A DNA stretch of 59,281 nt, filler included, from Platydemus manokwari (taxonomy: Eukaryota), in NCBI GenBank assembly GCA_037951405.1. It is 5 parts of 5 records of this genome, joined end to end, with 100 filler letters (N's around TTAATTAATTAA, not from the genome) between each part and the next. Parts side by side here need not be neighbours in the genome. Positions count along the whole stretch, not along the records: positions 10,442 to 24,681 come from JBBMOY011498083.1; positions 24,782 to 38,649 come from JBBMOY011553633.1; 3 more parts are not named here. One strand, written 5' to 3'. The stretch's first letter is position 1, and each line of letters opens with the position of its first letter. A program made the translations under genes and the position numbers. This document shows, one piece after another, positions 13,601 through 26,248 of this stretch. The notes beneath the pieces are model-generated. The model made no database searches, was not told the origin of the DNA, and was given only the letters and a program-made list of their open reading frames with translations.

Positions 13601-14138
13601 CGCTAATGAATTCTCCGAATGGAATTGGATTTTTACAGTGTCTTGTAAATTGGAACAAGAATCGCTCGATAAGATTGTCAATCATTTGTATTCGCGATTA
13701 TCTAATTTGGAGAACACCACCATTCAAGACATTGAAAGTTTACATCGATTATTAAAAAATAATAGCACTGAATTTCAAAAACTGTTCACTGATGAGTGTA
13801 GTGAAGATCTGGTAAACAAATCTAATCGAATCAGAGAAGCCATTATCCAGCATTTCAACTGTGAACGTGACGCGATTCCCAGTGAAAAACCGGTGAAAGA
13901 GTATTCGAAATCATTGGAAATTGAAGTCCGATGTCATATTCGATCATTTATTACACAATTCAAGACAGATAATATAATGACTGGTCGATCGATAGCATCA
14001 GTATTGCATGGCATCGACTGTCCTCTTTATCCATCGATTTATTGGTCCTCACAGAAAATATTTTGGAAAACATTACTCAATATTGATTTTATTACTCTCA
14101 TGAATTGGGCCAATGAGGAATTGAGATTTTTATTGTAA
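10698..14138 (+). CDS. RECQL4: ATP-dependent DNA helicase Q4 (RecQ4), single exon, 1146 aa
   Basis: Sld2-like N-terminus (IKVKIKKWSDEFEMEFKRPPKGNDINTAPKEIKDLYRIYK) and a zinc knuckle CFHCGEEGHYSNKC. RecQ motifs: FGFKSFR, LPTGSGKSLCYQ, SPLISLMQDQL, DEVHCLSDWSHHFRPSY, ATIAFGMGLDKSDIR, YVQEVGRAGRD. RecQ4-type C-terminus GRSIASVLHGIDCPLYP...FWK. Confidence 0.96.
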   Translation: MNLNEIKVKIKKWSDEFEMEFKRPPKGNDINTAPKEIKDLYRIYKNQKQPKTIQNENANPWDIRGKIVTLKQPKNEQTVKPIEDIVRNNLRRLRDNSKIEKPDNKLKTLNKDISNIINDVEDKRTISTKDSYISEKHIKKSPPKIFFRDESQCPNNVLVNNSSHQFHTNSVVDSAAFSEINSTINKNKSLDVPPKEFLKPSELPLKRQYANIDSTPVNIYKRKSFVEKAATINFDKYLTDDQVVNKSVMSSKESIDHNTDEKSQLLNTNIDSTFTNSSEISQPFTKKMRLEIPSPEKRSYRRSNQNFLKLNMKNRQFCPKATAKQRATRNLIRRTKWNNKMRGYGKCFHCGEEGHYSNKCPTRPTYGPRDEKSDKNALGFTDISEPIKVSDFKLQNPETMATSENRESLFTSSDLIDCQSVIADSDDLDECLKKSLKLFGFKSFRNKQEAIIRRICAGKSTLAVLPTGSGKSLCYQIPSYIFQQTKNSVALIISPLISLMQDQLTKLPSGIKGVTLNSTLKFEERVKVLQEINNLEYAFILLSPEALVECNWLTPDKFPSISFACIDEVHCLSDWSHHFRPSYLRVCKLLRDKYRVNCFLGLSATCSPSTINSVVKSLNIDPITDPDSCIKQIPIPDNITITVSEVSDKDRALLKLLQKPPLNTCSSILIYCSSREETMYLSSLIRDRLQSQTVEINKKKLTWTAQAYHAGLTLADRAKQQRMFMKGRTRVLVATIAFGMGLDKSDIRAVIHYSRPKSFENYVQEVGRAGRDSLPAHALVLVLRDELKQQENEELNELNRYTYANHVEFVTLKQLVRYIFTELSTNKCQSSICCGHICGFSPSKLAVKFNIREETLMTLLCYLELYEEVRSLQILPANYRFCKISCYRGPKQMAELSHKSLPISTALTNQYLHGNIDLTNTRCVSVDMIEMWEQYGFDVATFRKELKSFEWNQYVDKEGNNRYSNSGIANEFSEWNWIFTVSCKLEQESLDKIVNHLYSRLSNLENTTIQDIESLHRLLKNNSTEFQKLFTDECSEDLVNKSNRIREAIIQHFNCERDAIPSEKPVKEYSKSLEIEVRCHIRSFITQFKTDNIMTGRSIASVLHGIDCPLYPSIYWSSQKIFWKTLLNIDFITLMNWANEELRFLL

Positions 14139-14559
14139 ATAGATTTTTTATATTTTTTCTTTAAATTTTTATTTGTGTTGTTTATGATATTGGAATGATT
14201 TGTTTATATAACTGATGATTATTATAAATCTGAATTAATCAATATATAGTAACAACGACTGAAACAATCTCAGATAGATAATCACTATGTTTATCACAAC
14301 CCATCTAATTATATTATTAATAATGGAAACAAGAATTAAGAAATGATGTTATAAAATAAAATGTGTTGAGTGTATTGCTAACACCTAGAAAAGGTTTTGT
14401 TGTTTTCATTTGAAATATTTTTGATTTTCAATTTCAATAGAGCAAATTTACAATTAAATATAAATAAACATTAATAATAATTTGGTATAATTATTTGTAG
14501 AGAGACAGTGTTTCCAATCCTAAACCATTTACCTCATATAGCCATATAAGTAACGCGAT

Positions 14560-15400
14560 CTGAAGTATTTCGAATTAAAGGATGTTGTCATCGACACTAA
14601 CAAAGCAAGATGGAAACGATCCATAGATGACATCTGTAGCAAATACACGTCTCAAAGTATTATCAATCATATCTGATGTCAACCCGACTATGTCAACCCG
14701 ATAATGCCAACAAAAAATTATGATGATATAAAAATTAGCAGTGAAATTATAAATGAAATTCAAAAATTGAAATTGCTGATTAAACAATATAACGATATAA
14801 TAACTAAACACGAATTTGACGTCGGTAGCACTCCTGGAGTAGAACATGAAATACCATTGGTAGCAAGTAAGAAAACACTCATAAAAACGAGACTGTGCGC
14901 GCACTTGGAAGAGAGTAGAAGACAGAAATAACAAATTCTTGTAAGTAATATTTAAGGACCCAGCCTTTCCTCAAGGTAGCATTATATGGTGCGTGGACTA
15001 CCGAAAATTAAACTCTGGTATATTTTGTTGAAATAATTTTGTTTCAAGATTTTTAAGAACATCTAATTAATTTAGAAAAAGTATTTAAAAGATTAAAATT
15101 AGCAAGCTTCAAAATTAAAGCTTCTAAATGCGAATATGCCAAGTCTGAAGTCACATAGATTGGTCAAGCTTTTTTCAAAGACGATTTGAAACCAAACCCA
15201 GTGCAAGTAGATAAAGTACTAAATTTTTCAAATCCAACCAATGTTGATGAAGTTAGATCTTCTCTTGGTCTTGTTAATTATTATAAAAAATTTATACAAA
15301 AATTCTCACATATTGTTCATATCATTAACACACAATTAAAGAAATATGCACAAAATTCAGTCTGTCTGACCGAAAATCGGTTAAAAAATATAATATAAAC
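14560..15400 (+). mobile_element. Internally deleted Ty3/gypsy pol fragment (pre-RT linker and end of RT)
   Basis: Contains KLKLLIKQYNDIITKHEFDVGSTPGVEHEIPL, then VFKRLKLASFKIKASKCEYAKSEVT*IG and KPNPVQVDKVLNFSNPTNVDEVRSSLGLVNYYKKFIQKFS. Stops and deletions throughout. Confidence 0.8.
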
Positions 15401-15907
15401 ATGTTTAATATTGATTATAGAACAGCAACAAAGATTTCATCAAAATTCGAAATTGAATTAATTGAGGGACTAAAAACTTCATCCAATTTGGGTATATAAG
15501 TATCGCAATTCAGGATATATTCGAAATTGGCTATTACAATGTAAGAATATTTTCAAAAAAATTAATTACGATATCAGTGTGTGATTTAGCAAACTCGATG
15601 TGATAGAATAATTATTCCAATTTCATGAAAACATGATATTTCTAATTATTTTTAAAATACGATTTTACTCTTAATTACTTCAAACCAATTGTAAAAGAAT
15701 CAATTCAATTTTGATTCTACATACTGAATTTTATTATCAGTTAATTTATTTTATATATTCTTTAAAACTTTTTTACGCTTTTATCTACGATAGTTTAAAA
15801 AGCAAGCTAATTACATTATTTGTTTTAATATTTACTTTTTAAAATATATTCTTTTGAATGTAACATGTTTTATTAAATTTTTTGTATCTTTATTATGATT
15901 CAGTAAA

Positions 15908-18900
15908 ATGCCTAAGAAAGTAAAAACAGGAAAAAGTCGTAAGGATGAGTACTATTTCATGGCCAAAAATACTGGTAAAAATAAATATTACGTCAAACTG
16001 TCATTATTATCTTACCTATTTAAGGTCTTCGTGCAAGATCCGCATTTAAATTGATTGAAATAAATAAACAATTTCATTTTTTGGAAAAAGCAACTATTCT
16101 GATTGATTTATGTGCTGCACCTGGTGGTTGGATGCAGGTAGCTGCTCAAACAATGAAAAAATCATCTTTTATTATCGGTATTGATCTCGTACCAATCAAA
16201 CCGATACTTGGCGCAATCTCAATCCAAGCAGATATTACCACCGACAAATGTAAACAATTAATCAGACAACATATTCTTAAAGCAAAAGCTGATGTCATTT
16301 TGCACGACGGTGCCCCAAATGTCGGTGCCAATTGGAACGTCGATGAATTTCAACAAGCTCATTTGTGTCTGAAAGCATTTTCACTTGCAACCGAATTTCT
16401 CGTGAAAAACGGTACATTTGTCACCAAAGTATTCAGATCGAAGGATTACGAGCCATTGAAGTGGGTATTCGAGCAATTGTTTGAAAAAGTCCAAGTTGCC
16501 AAACCCAGATCATCTCGGTATTTTGACGCTTTATCAGTTTAGTTCATTGATCTTTACGCCATTCTTAGTAACGAATCTGCGGAAATATTTTTAGTTTGCC
16601 TCAATTACAAAGCGCCCACATATATCGATCCAAAATTTTTGGACATTCAACACGTTTTCGAAGACGTCAACGAAGTCGACGAGTCGGCGTTGACGTTTAA
16701 CAAAGTTAACAAAAAGAATAAGTAAAACAGTTTAAGTGTTTGGGTTTTCAATCCTAATTCGGTGTGTGTAGGAAAGCCTTGGGTTACGACGAGAACGATT
16801 CTTTATACAAAGAGGTGAAAGTGAGCGAATTGTTGGTAGCAAATATCCCAATGAATATTTTACTCACCGCTAACAAAGTAAAGCTTCAAAGTGGTTCTGG
16901 TCGTTGTGATTTCATTGTTGGCATTTAGATTGTCTTCGACGATGAGGAGATCAAAAACCACCCCCTGACAACAGAGGAAATCAAACAATACGTCAAGGAT
17001 TTGAAGCTGTTGGGAAAATACGATTTCAAGTATGTCGGAACATTGACAGGCGAGGAACTTAATGGGTTTCATTTTGTAGAGCTTTGGACAAATGGTTGAA
17101 GAAAATGATTCCCTTCTATCGAAAATTGCACAATCTCGAACGGGAAAAGATCGTCACAGAAGAACCGTAAAATTGTTTTTTCGTTATTTTTCGAGTTTTT
17201 TATTTTTTTTATTTTTTTGTTCTTCCGTTTGTAGAGCAGTTGTGGAGAAAACCGAGGAAGAGAAAATCCAAGACGAAATCGATAAATGCGAAGAAGAAAT
17301 CAAGAAGAACGATAAAAAGAAATTGAAGAAATCACGCAAAGAAAAAATGAAACAAATAAAACTCATTCAAATGAGCATGTTGCATCCGGGCGATGTGATT
17401 GAGCAGGATTACGATATGGATATGTTTTCGGCAAGCAAGAATCAAGATTTGATTGAACAAGGAGTGATCGAAACCGATGTCGATGTGTCGACATTGGATC
17501 GGGTTTTGTTGGCCAATGATAAATCGAATAAAGGTCCACTGTTGAAAAAGACAAAGGAGGTTTATCAGAAGATGTCGGATAAATATTACGATAAAGGAGA
17601 TGATTTGACGACAGCTATCGATTCGGATGTTGATTCGGAAGATGAACGCACTGAAGATGAGGAGGAGGATGTTGTGGATCTTGATGATGAGAATAGCGAG
17701 GAAGAAGACATTGAATTGGATGAGGATGATGAAGAAGAAGACGAGGATGAAGATGAAGAGGAAGAAATTGGTTGTGAGGATGAGGAGGAAGATTGTTGTG
17801 GTGAGGGCGATGATTGTTGTGGTGATGATGATGAAGAAATGGAGGCTGGATCGGATGAGGAAATGGAAGAAATGGAGGTTGATGATTATAGCGATGAAGA
17901 GGAGATTGATGAGGAAGATTTATCTGGCGATTCCAATGAAGAAGACGACGAAGACTCATCAAATCAGAAGAAAGAAAAGTCACAGAAAATCACCGATTTG
18001 AACTACGATCCCAGTGCACCAACAGCCAAATCAAAGGAGTTAAAGAAATTCAATTCTTGGTTTAACAGCTCAGAATTTTCGGTGTGTAATTTTTTTTATG
18101 ATTTTTTTGCTTATTTTTTGTTATTTTTATTATTATTTTTTGTTATTTTTTTGTTTATTTATTTAGCGATTAATGAATGATGCTGATGATAGTGATGATA
18201 ACAGCAATAGCGATGATAATGGTGATGAAATCATTGAAGATATATCTGATGATAAACCGGTGATTGTTGAATCGAAGAAGCATATCGATTCATCCAAGGA
18301 CAAATCGAAATTGGATGAGGAAAATCCCAATCATAATTCTATATTAAATACTATCAAACGGAAATTGACGCCGAAAGAGAGAGCATTGGCTGTGGAAATG
18401 ATTAAGAGTAAAAAGAGTCGACGGGAAATATTGGAATGGGGTTACAATCGGTTCCAGTTTGATGATGAAAAATTGCCGAGTTGGTTCGTTGAGGATGAAA
18501 AGAAACACATGCGAGCCCGATTACCATTCTTCAATCAATCGGCTGTTGATAATCAGAAGGCTGCTGTGAGTACCAATATCACCAAACGTACCATCAAGAA
18601 GGTTGAACAAGCCAAGGCTCGTAAGAAGCATCATATGATGAGGAAATTGACTCGTTTGAATAAACGGGCAGAGAAAATGGATGACGATATGATGGAAGTG
18701 GAAAAGAGGAAAAAATTACAAGAGTAATGATTATTGATTGATTCGGGAAATATATTGATTAATTTATTGATTAATTGGGAAATTTATTGATTTTATATTT
18801 CAGTTTGAGCAAAAAGGTTCACAAATTGAAGAACACCAAGAAACCGGTAGTCACTGAAGTCACAAATAAAAATGGTCAACGAAGTCGAGTTGGTGCCTAT

Positions 18901-19002
18901 AAAAAGGGTGCTAAATTGAAGATTGTCGATAGAAGAATGAAAAAGGATGCCAGAGGAAAAGGCGGAAAATTAGGCAAAGATAAAAAGCGTGGAAAGAAAT
19001 AA
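15908..19002 (+). CDS. FTSJ3: pre-rRNA 2'-O-ribose methyltransferase FTSJ3/Spb1; 9 exons (15908-15974, 16025-16517, 16569-16721, 16772-16877, 16929-17029, 17080-17166, 17235-18081, 18167-18723, 18804-19002), 869 aa
   Basis: All introns are GT-AG and the exons sum to 2610 nt in one open frame. Motifs: [74 protein letters not shown] (K-D-K-E tetrad intact). Spb1 C-terminal motifs [34 protein letters not shown] and [10 protein letters not shown] are present. Confidence 0.96.
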
Positions 19003-20194
19003 ATTTATTTAATAAACATTTATATTTATATTGTTTGTTTTTCACTTTTTTTATTATGGATAAAATAAATCTACTACAATATAAAGTTCAATTATGATGT
19101 TATATATATCGTTGAAGATTATAGCCCGATTACTGGAGAACTTTATCCAGGGCTTGGGAGTTAGGGCGCGGGACATAAGGTTTATAAGGCGAGTGAGAAA
19201 TCTTTAACCATCAAAATCAATTTCTATAGCATAGTTCGGAAATAGTTTCAAAACCGGTAGTAACTAATGTGAAATTTTTACTCCATTTTATATACTAAAT
19301 GAATAAAAAATTTCAATTGGTGTTTATGCTTTGAGAACTTATAATAATTTAATTAAATCACACTAGTAATAAAATATAAAAAATATATTAAAGCAAAAAA
19401 GTATTATTTATAATTTTATCGATAATTTTCACATAAAAATATGTGCTATCGATTAAGTTTTTGAACAAATATAAATTTACAAAGCGACCAATAACAAGCC
19501 AAATTAATGTTTATTTCTTTTCCCATATTTTCAATTTGTAAGCGATATGAATTTAATCGGTTCATTTTAGATTATATTGATTTTAAATCAGTTGTATTAT
19601 TTAAATGAAAAAATATTGACACTATATAGTTTTTTAAAAATTTATGTAAATAATAGCATTAATTTCCTTCTAATACTTGCGCAACTATCTAAATTAAATT
19701 TTACTCAAATTGAATACCATAAATAAAACAATTCCTTCACATTACAGTATGTTGTCTCATCATTCAATTCTACACATTATCTCAATATAGAGTAAAGAAA
19801 ATGTTTCAGTGGAATGCTATTATTATATTGATCATCGAAGTCCTTTACTCTCTGAAAAACAACCAGAATCTTGGTATAATATTGATGACTTTTTTAATTA
19901 AAGATATTCTGCATTTTAATATTACGTGCTATTCAATAAACTTAATAAATTGTTCGAACAATTTTAATTTTATAAGTTTGAAAATTTCTTTGAACTTAAT
20001 TAAAGAGTTTAGTAAAAGCGATAAAACATTGAAAGTTAGTATAAAATTTAACTAACCTATCTTCTGAATCATCTAATTCCTGTACAACGATTTTATTCTA
20101 TTTCAGCTCAATAATGAACCAGCTTAAATTTGTCTCTCAATTTTGTTTAAATAATATTATTTTTTCAAGGCTTTAACCAATTTTAATTTTTAAA

Positions 20195-22022
20195 ATGAAG
20201 AGACATAGAGATGATGAAGTACTCAGTGAATCTGATGTAGATGAGGAGTACCAAAAGTAGTTTTTGATATATTCAACGACCTTTAAAATTTCATTTTAAT
20301 AGAAATAGTGACCAAGATGATGAGGATGAATATGAAACAGCCCACCAAGCCCAAATTAAAATGAAAAAGAAGATGATAAAAAAATTAAAGGAAGACCGTA
20401 CGTATATTTAAATATATTTTTAAGCTTTAACGCGTCGAATGTTTTAGTTAAAAACCAGAAAGTAGAAAATGTTGATGAAGAAATCCGTAAAACATATGAA
20501 GAAGAAGCATTGGAATTACAAGGCAAAGTTATGAAAGATGTAGCAAAATTTGTAAGTCGTTAATTTTTTAGTGAAAGTTTCTAATTCATTTATTTCATAA
20601 AGTGTTCTCTTCCTGATGATATGAAAGTAAAACTTTATAAATGCAAACATGATGTTACTTGCTTAACTTATTCTATCGATGGTAAATTCATTTATACTGG
20701 AAGTAAAACAGGAGATATAATCAAATGTTTGTTAATTTATGTTTGTCGGTTTGGAAAATTAATATTCTTTATCAAGGGGATGCTTTAACCGGGAAATCTT
20801 TGGTAAAGGTAAAAGGTGGTCGTAGATATTCAAAACATAAATATCATTGTTCACGAGTAACAGCAATTGCGGCCTGTGATGAGTTTGTGGTAAAGATTTT
20901 ATTTATTTGTAATCGTAAAATAAAACACAATATATTAAAATATATTTTCTGAATTATTATAAAAATATTTATAGGCCACAGGCGATGTAGAGAAAAAATT
21001 ATTTATCTGGAACACGGATCTCGTTCATCAGAAAACACTTTTGAAACACAGGAAAGAGATTACTGTAACGTTTTTATTGATTGATTTTTGAGTTAATACA
21101 TTTTCTTTCATCCAGAGTTTGGCTTTCCGTCGAGGAAGTCAACAACTGTTTTCCGGAGATAAAAAGGGAATCATTTTCGTTTGGGATATGGCTTTAATGA
21201 ACACAATTGAAGAATTGTATGATTCTCTTTCTCGTGGGCTTTTTTATCGTTTCTTTTTCCAGGCTCGGACACACATCAGAAATCACTGGGCTCGATAGTA
21301 ATCTCGCCAACAACTGTTTGTCGAGCTCAGGAATCGGTGATCCATGCGTCAAATTATGGAAATTGGACAGCGGTTCCATTGTTTCATATACCCTCCCCAA
21401 GAAGAGTCACGAGTATGAAAGAACTGAATTTTCGTTGGTTTTTTGTAACAATTGATATTCGATTTCAGATTTTCATTGGAGTGCTTATCAATGTTGAATG
21501 AGAGATTTTTCGTTGCTGGGTCGGCACACAAGTAACGATTTGATTGGATAATCATTTGTTTGATAAAGAGCTTATAGTAAAATCTATCTATGGGATGGCG
21601 TGAACAAAAAATCACCAATCGATGTCGTCGATCCTGCTCACGATTTACCCACCGATTCGAAGCTCGTCACCACGAAAGAGATCATGGTCGTCTCGATCTG
21701 TGCCTTGAGAAATACGATGGTATTTGCAAGTGGCTCCAATTTAAGCGAGGTCAAACTGTGGAATCTCGTCCAAGGAAATGGCGATAATTTCGTCATTCGT
21801 CTGTTGTTTGTGCTCCCGAATGTGGTATGTGATATGTGTGGTTGTTCCGTTTCTGATTTATCGAAAATCTTTATCTAGGTTGGGTGCATCAATGGGTTGC
21901 GCTTCAGTCCTGATGGCAAAGATCTTGCTGTCGCCAATAGTGACGAACATAAAAGATTCAGAATGCAAGAAAGATGTCCAGGTGCCAAGAGTTCTGTGAC
22001 GATTTACAATCTTTTTAAATAA
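20195..22022 (+). CDS. RRP9: U3 snoRNP WD40 protein RRP9/U3-55K; 11 exons (20195-20256, 20303-20397, 20448-20551, 20603-20726, 20777-20889, 20975-21064, 21116-21216, 21263-21412, 21469-21531, 21578-21824, 21879-22022), about 430 aa
   Basis: Manual splicing gives one open frame of 1293 nt. An acidic N-terminus is followed by ETAHQAQIKMKK. WD repeats: VTCLTYSIDGKFIYTGSKTGDIIKWD and KHRKEITSLAFRRGSQQLFSG...IEELLGHTSEITGLD. The C-terminus VGCINGLRFSPDGKDLAVANSDEH parallels RRP9 (GLAFRRGTHQLYS..VETLFGHQD; GFINSLKFS...GQEH). Confidence 0.85.
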
Positions 22023-24681
22023 ATATTTGCTGCGATGATTTTGATTGGTTGATTCAGTTTTGTGTGTTTCGAATGGTATTTGTTTGAAAATCGATTTATT
22101 AATATTTGGTGATTTGACCTTGAAATGTTTTTTATCCGTTAAACTCTGTTAAAGGACTTTCATTTGTTGCTTGTTTTTTAAAAGTGCGCCATATTGATTT
22201 GTGATGTTATTTTAAACAATAATTAATGGGTTTGTCTTTAATTGTTCGATTCGTCTACGACTAAATGCCAATGGTAATTACAACTATGAATGAAAAATCA
22301 TTGATTCTATGGTAATAGAGTTCAGTTCTTTGTAAAGAAATTAACTTTTCCATATCAATGTGCTTGTGTTATCAATGCTATTAATGCGTGTCTACAATAA
22401 TTTTCATGTATATTTTGTTTTTTATGAGCAACGAGAAATTTTATGATTTGTATCGATAGTTTAAAAATTATTTAATATTTATTCCATTATTAAATAATGA
22501 AGTACATATTGTACTGCGCCAATAATTGATATACAATATTTTCTGTTATTAATGGATAGATTTGTTTACGACATCCTAAACTGCTAAAACATAACAAGAA
22601 CATTTTTTATAAAAAAAATATTAATGATTATCTATTTTTTTTATCATGACGATGTTGAGTTAGACTAATATGTGAAATCTCTACTTTTGGTTCGATATTT
22701 TTATAGATCTCTGAACTGCTTAATGAAAGATGTTTTTGTCCATTTGCACTAGACCATATCTTTTCTACATAATGTTTAGAAATTCTAGGAAAATATTGGA
22801 TATCAATTTTTCAATAAATTATCTTCTGTCATACAATTGATTCAATTGTTTTCCTCAATTATATTGATTTATAAACTTATGCCTTAGACAAGAGCAACAT
22901 CAATAACATACAATGTTTTGTACTTTAGAATCTCAATAAAAATAACCAAGTAGATATCACATAATTTTTTTTCCAAAGGCTTGCAATCTAATTATAATGT
23001 AACTACAAACAAATAATTAGCCTAAAATAAAAAAAATAAATGCTGGAATAAATAGCGCTTGTTATCTAATAATGCGAAACGCTTCTAATATATAATGGAG
23101 TTCGCATTCACAGAATAGAATCGAATACAATAGATATTTTATAGACATATATTATCACTGTTTCGAACTGAACTATTCCTTAACAAATATATTTGAACGA
23201 AAATATTATCTGAAACAAGCATAAGATATTTGAAAAATTCGATTTTTTCCATTTATTTTCATTAATAATTTACCATAAAATGCAAGAACAGTCAACCGTA
23301 ATTGATTAACATAATTAAAGTTCGTTCTGAAATTAATTCAGAATTATTTCTAATTAAGTAATTTATATAATTTCGAAAATAATTATGGACTTCTTTCATG
23401 TAAATTAGATAATTATTTTTCGATTTATTGTATAATTATATTATTAATTATATATAATATCTCATAAAGGGAAATTAGAAATTGTAAAAAGTGTTTTTAT
23501 CACGATGTCAGAAAACGAACCTGTCCGTCATAATCTGGCTGGAACAATATGTAGTTGAATGTAAATAGTGTTGAGTGAAACGAAATATTACAAACGAAAA
23601 ACGAATTTGCATCGTGGAATCCTGGTTTAAACACTTTACATGTCTACACATGTATTAAATTAATTTGTTGGTTGGATTTGATATTCCTACACTGGCTCTA
23701 AGAAGCCTCAACAACATGTATAAAGACCACGTTATTGGAAAAACAGTTACTGAATTTATCTAAAGGAGTTAATAAGGTTAAGGCAATGAGTACCCTGACC
23801 GAGTTGAATTTAATTTATTAGTCAAATGTGAATTAGTGCCATTCGGACAATATATGTTATGGATTACGTCTGATGTGATGTGTCAACTCAAAAGACAATT
23901 GCTATAACAAATTATATATTTTAGAAACAAAAAGGAAAACAGCTGAAGTTATCAACACAAAAATATTAGCAAATAGTCGACAAATTACCTCAGTAAGTAG
24001 CCAACACAGTCCGAAGCGGACGGAGAAGCGGTCAAATAAATAGGAGATGAAATTTAGTGGATTTGAAATAATCACAATTTATCATAAATTTAGGCAAATA
24101 TACAATTAAAATTCAGTTATGAAATGTTATTAATAATAAGTTAGACTAAATTTAAATGCTTAACAAGTTTAGGGTATTAACGATAAATGTACAAATGAGA
24201 TGACAATTGACTTCGTAATATAATGAAACCTTTTCCGCTCAATGATTAAAGAATATCCTTCGCTGCACAAAGTTTCGTTTGAATAAATGTTCACGTTCGT
24301 TAGTTCAATAATGTTTTTTCTCAGAATGATTACTCTGACTTCAGTAGTATCTTTGCTATCAGTGTGAGTAAAAAGGTGTGTGTGATTTCTGGCTTCAGAT
24401 TGGTATTTATACATTTCTGGGTCGTCCCCCACGTTTCTGTTCTTAGTAAACTGATTGGCCGTTATCAACGGCCTCCGCTTTTATTATGTTTTGATTTTTT
24501 CATATTCATGTTTGTACTTGTTAAGATTTTTGATACAATTTTAAAATACTAATATATGGTTCTTTTTTCTTCTTATTTTGTACTTTTAATATGTTATGCT
24601 ATCATAATTCTACTGTGTTATTATATTTATTCCTTTTTGTAATTTTGACATCATGCTTGTTATACTTCTAATATCTTATTT

Positions 24682-24781
24682 NNNNNNNNNNNNNNNNNNN
24701 NNNNNNNNNNNNNNNNNNNNNNNNNTTAATTAATTAANNNNNNNNNNNNNNNNNNNNNNNNNNNNNNNNNNNNNNNNNNNN
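24682..24781. other. Assembly spacer (N44-TTAATTAATTAA-N44)
   Basis: Same 100-nt structure as at 10342. Confidence 0.97.
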
Positions 24782-26248
24782 TTAAACAAACTTACAATAC
24801 GAGATTATTATTATCTATTTTGTTTTTTTTTAACTTTTTATAATTTTTATTATATTATTATCATTAAAATTGTATAATTAAATCGAAAGCTACAAACAAT
24901 TTTAAATATTTGTAGAAAATATTTTATTTTTAACCTTATAATTATCCTAACTGAAAATATAATTGTACCATTTAATTGAATTTTATTCTCAATTTTATTT
25001 TCAATTTTTTATCGCTTAGTTTCAGATCTATTCTATTTTCTTTTTATTTGATTCATCTAACGTAATGTAACATTTTAATCATAATCCAATTATACATTTT
25101 CTTTCAATCAAATAGATTATCCAGCCAAAAACAAATATTACACAAATATCAAATGAAATTAAAATTGATATAGTCTTTTTCCACAACATTTCATACTAAT
25201 GCATATAATAATTAATCCTATCGGTTTCTCATTGGTTCCAATATACAAGATTCAACTACACGCAGATAGCATTTTTTTTAAAACGCTTTATTTGATTTGC
25301 AATTCTGAAATCCACTTACACACATCTGTTGAGAGCAATATGTAGAAATAAACAAGCAAAGAAAACGATTACACATCTGATTTGAAATTAACGGTGAAAA
25401 ATTGTAAATCTTATTTAATGTGGAAAAATTCTCTAAATCCCCAATACTGTTTATTTATGTCAGTATTTGATAGTAAAATAACTCAATATTTGTTGTGTCA
25501 GCATTATTTTGATTTACTTGGAAATTGGAGATTAAAATTCTACTTAGGATTTTGTAAATCGTTTTATTATCACTAAACATCTATATATGAGGCTAATAAA
25601 GTTTTTTGTCGTTTTGGGGGATTTGAATGTCAATATAAGATGAAATGTTTCCCAAATTCCTTGTCAACTGAAATGACAGGATTATGATGGGAATAATATT
25701 ATTTATTTTCATATTGGATGAGTTGTTTTATTTTATTTCGTCTCGAATCAGTTGGTGTGTTTGAGAGTGTGTATTTGTGTGTTAATGTCACGATTAAAAA
25801 CAGGAAAATAATTTATTTCATGAGTTTCTCCCGTTGATTGTTGTTGTTTTAACCTTAATAATAAATTAATCTATTCTGGAAATGCTTATTAACGAATATG
25901 AATAGAATATTATTTAGTTATAATTCATTTTATGCACTTTCATTTCGGTTTGTTTTTGTGTTATACAATTACATGTTAGGAACATTAATTGACAGCCGCA
26001 ATTATTTTATATAACGGAAATTGAAAACGAAGGCCATCCATACAGATCATTTAAAGCCATTTTTAATTATTTATTTTATTTTAAATCATTTTTAAAAAAT
26101 TACAAAAACTATTAAATCATCATATATTATCAATGCTAGATGTTGTAGTAACATCATTAATAGAAGTAGAGAGCTTAGTAATTTTAACCATTGTAGTAAA
26201 AGTATACGTATTATCAGCAATAGTAATACTAATCCATATAAATACTCT

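Noticed and set aside
10835-13755. Many short antisense or alternative-frame ORFs within RECQL4
   Set aside because: Shadows of the real CDS with no independent motifs.
17615-18001. His/Pro-rich antisense ORF and Met/Arg/Lys-rich alternative-frame ORF
   Set aside because: By-products of the GAT/GAA/GAG acidic tract in FTSJ3.
19130-19200. Short GC-rich patch between FTSJ3 and RRP9, considered as a snoRNA or SL RNA
   Set aside because: No recognisable C/D or H/ACA boxes, Sm site or stable fold.
23500-24470. Possible TE fragments or the missing 5' PDE9 exons
   Set aside because: No PDE motif (F/YHN..H) and no assignable TE motif; separated from PDE9 by a spacer.
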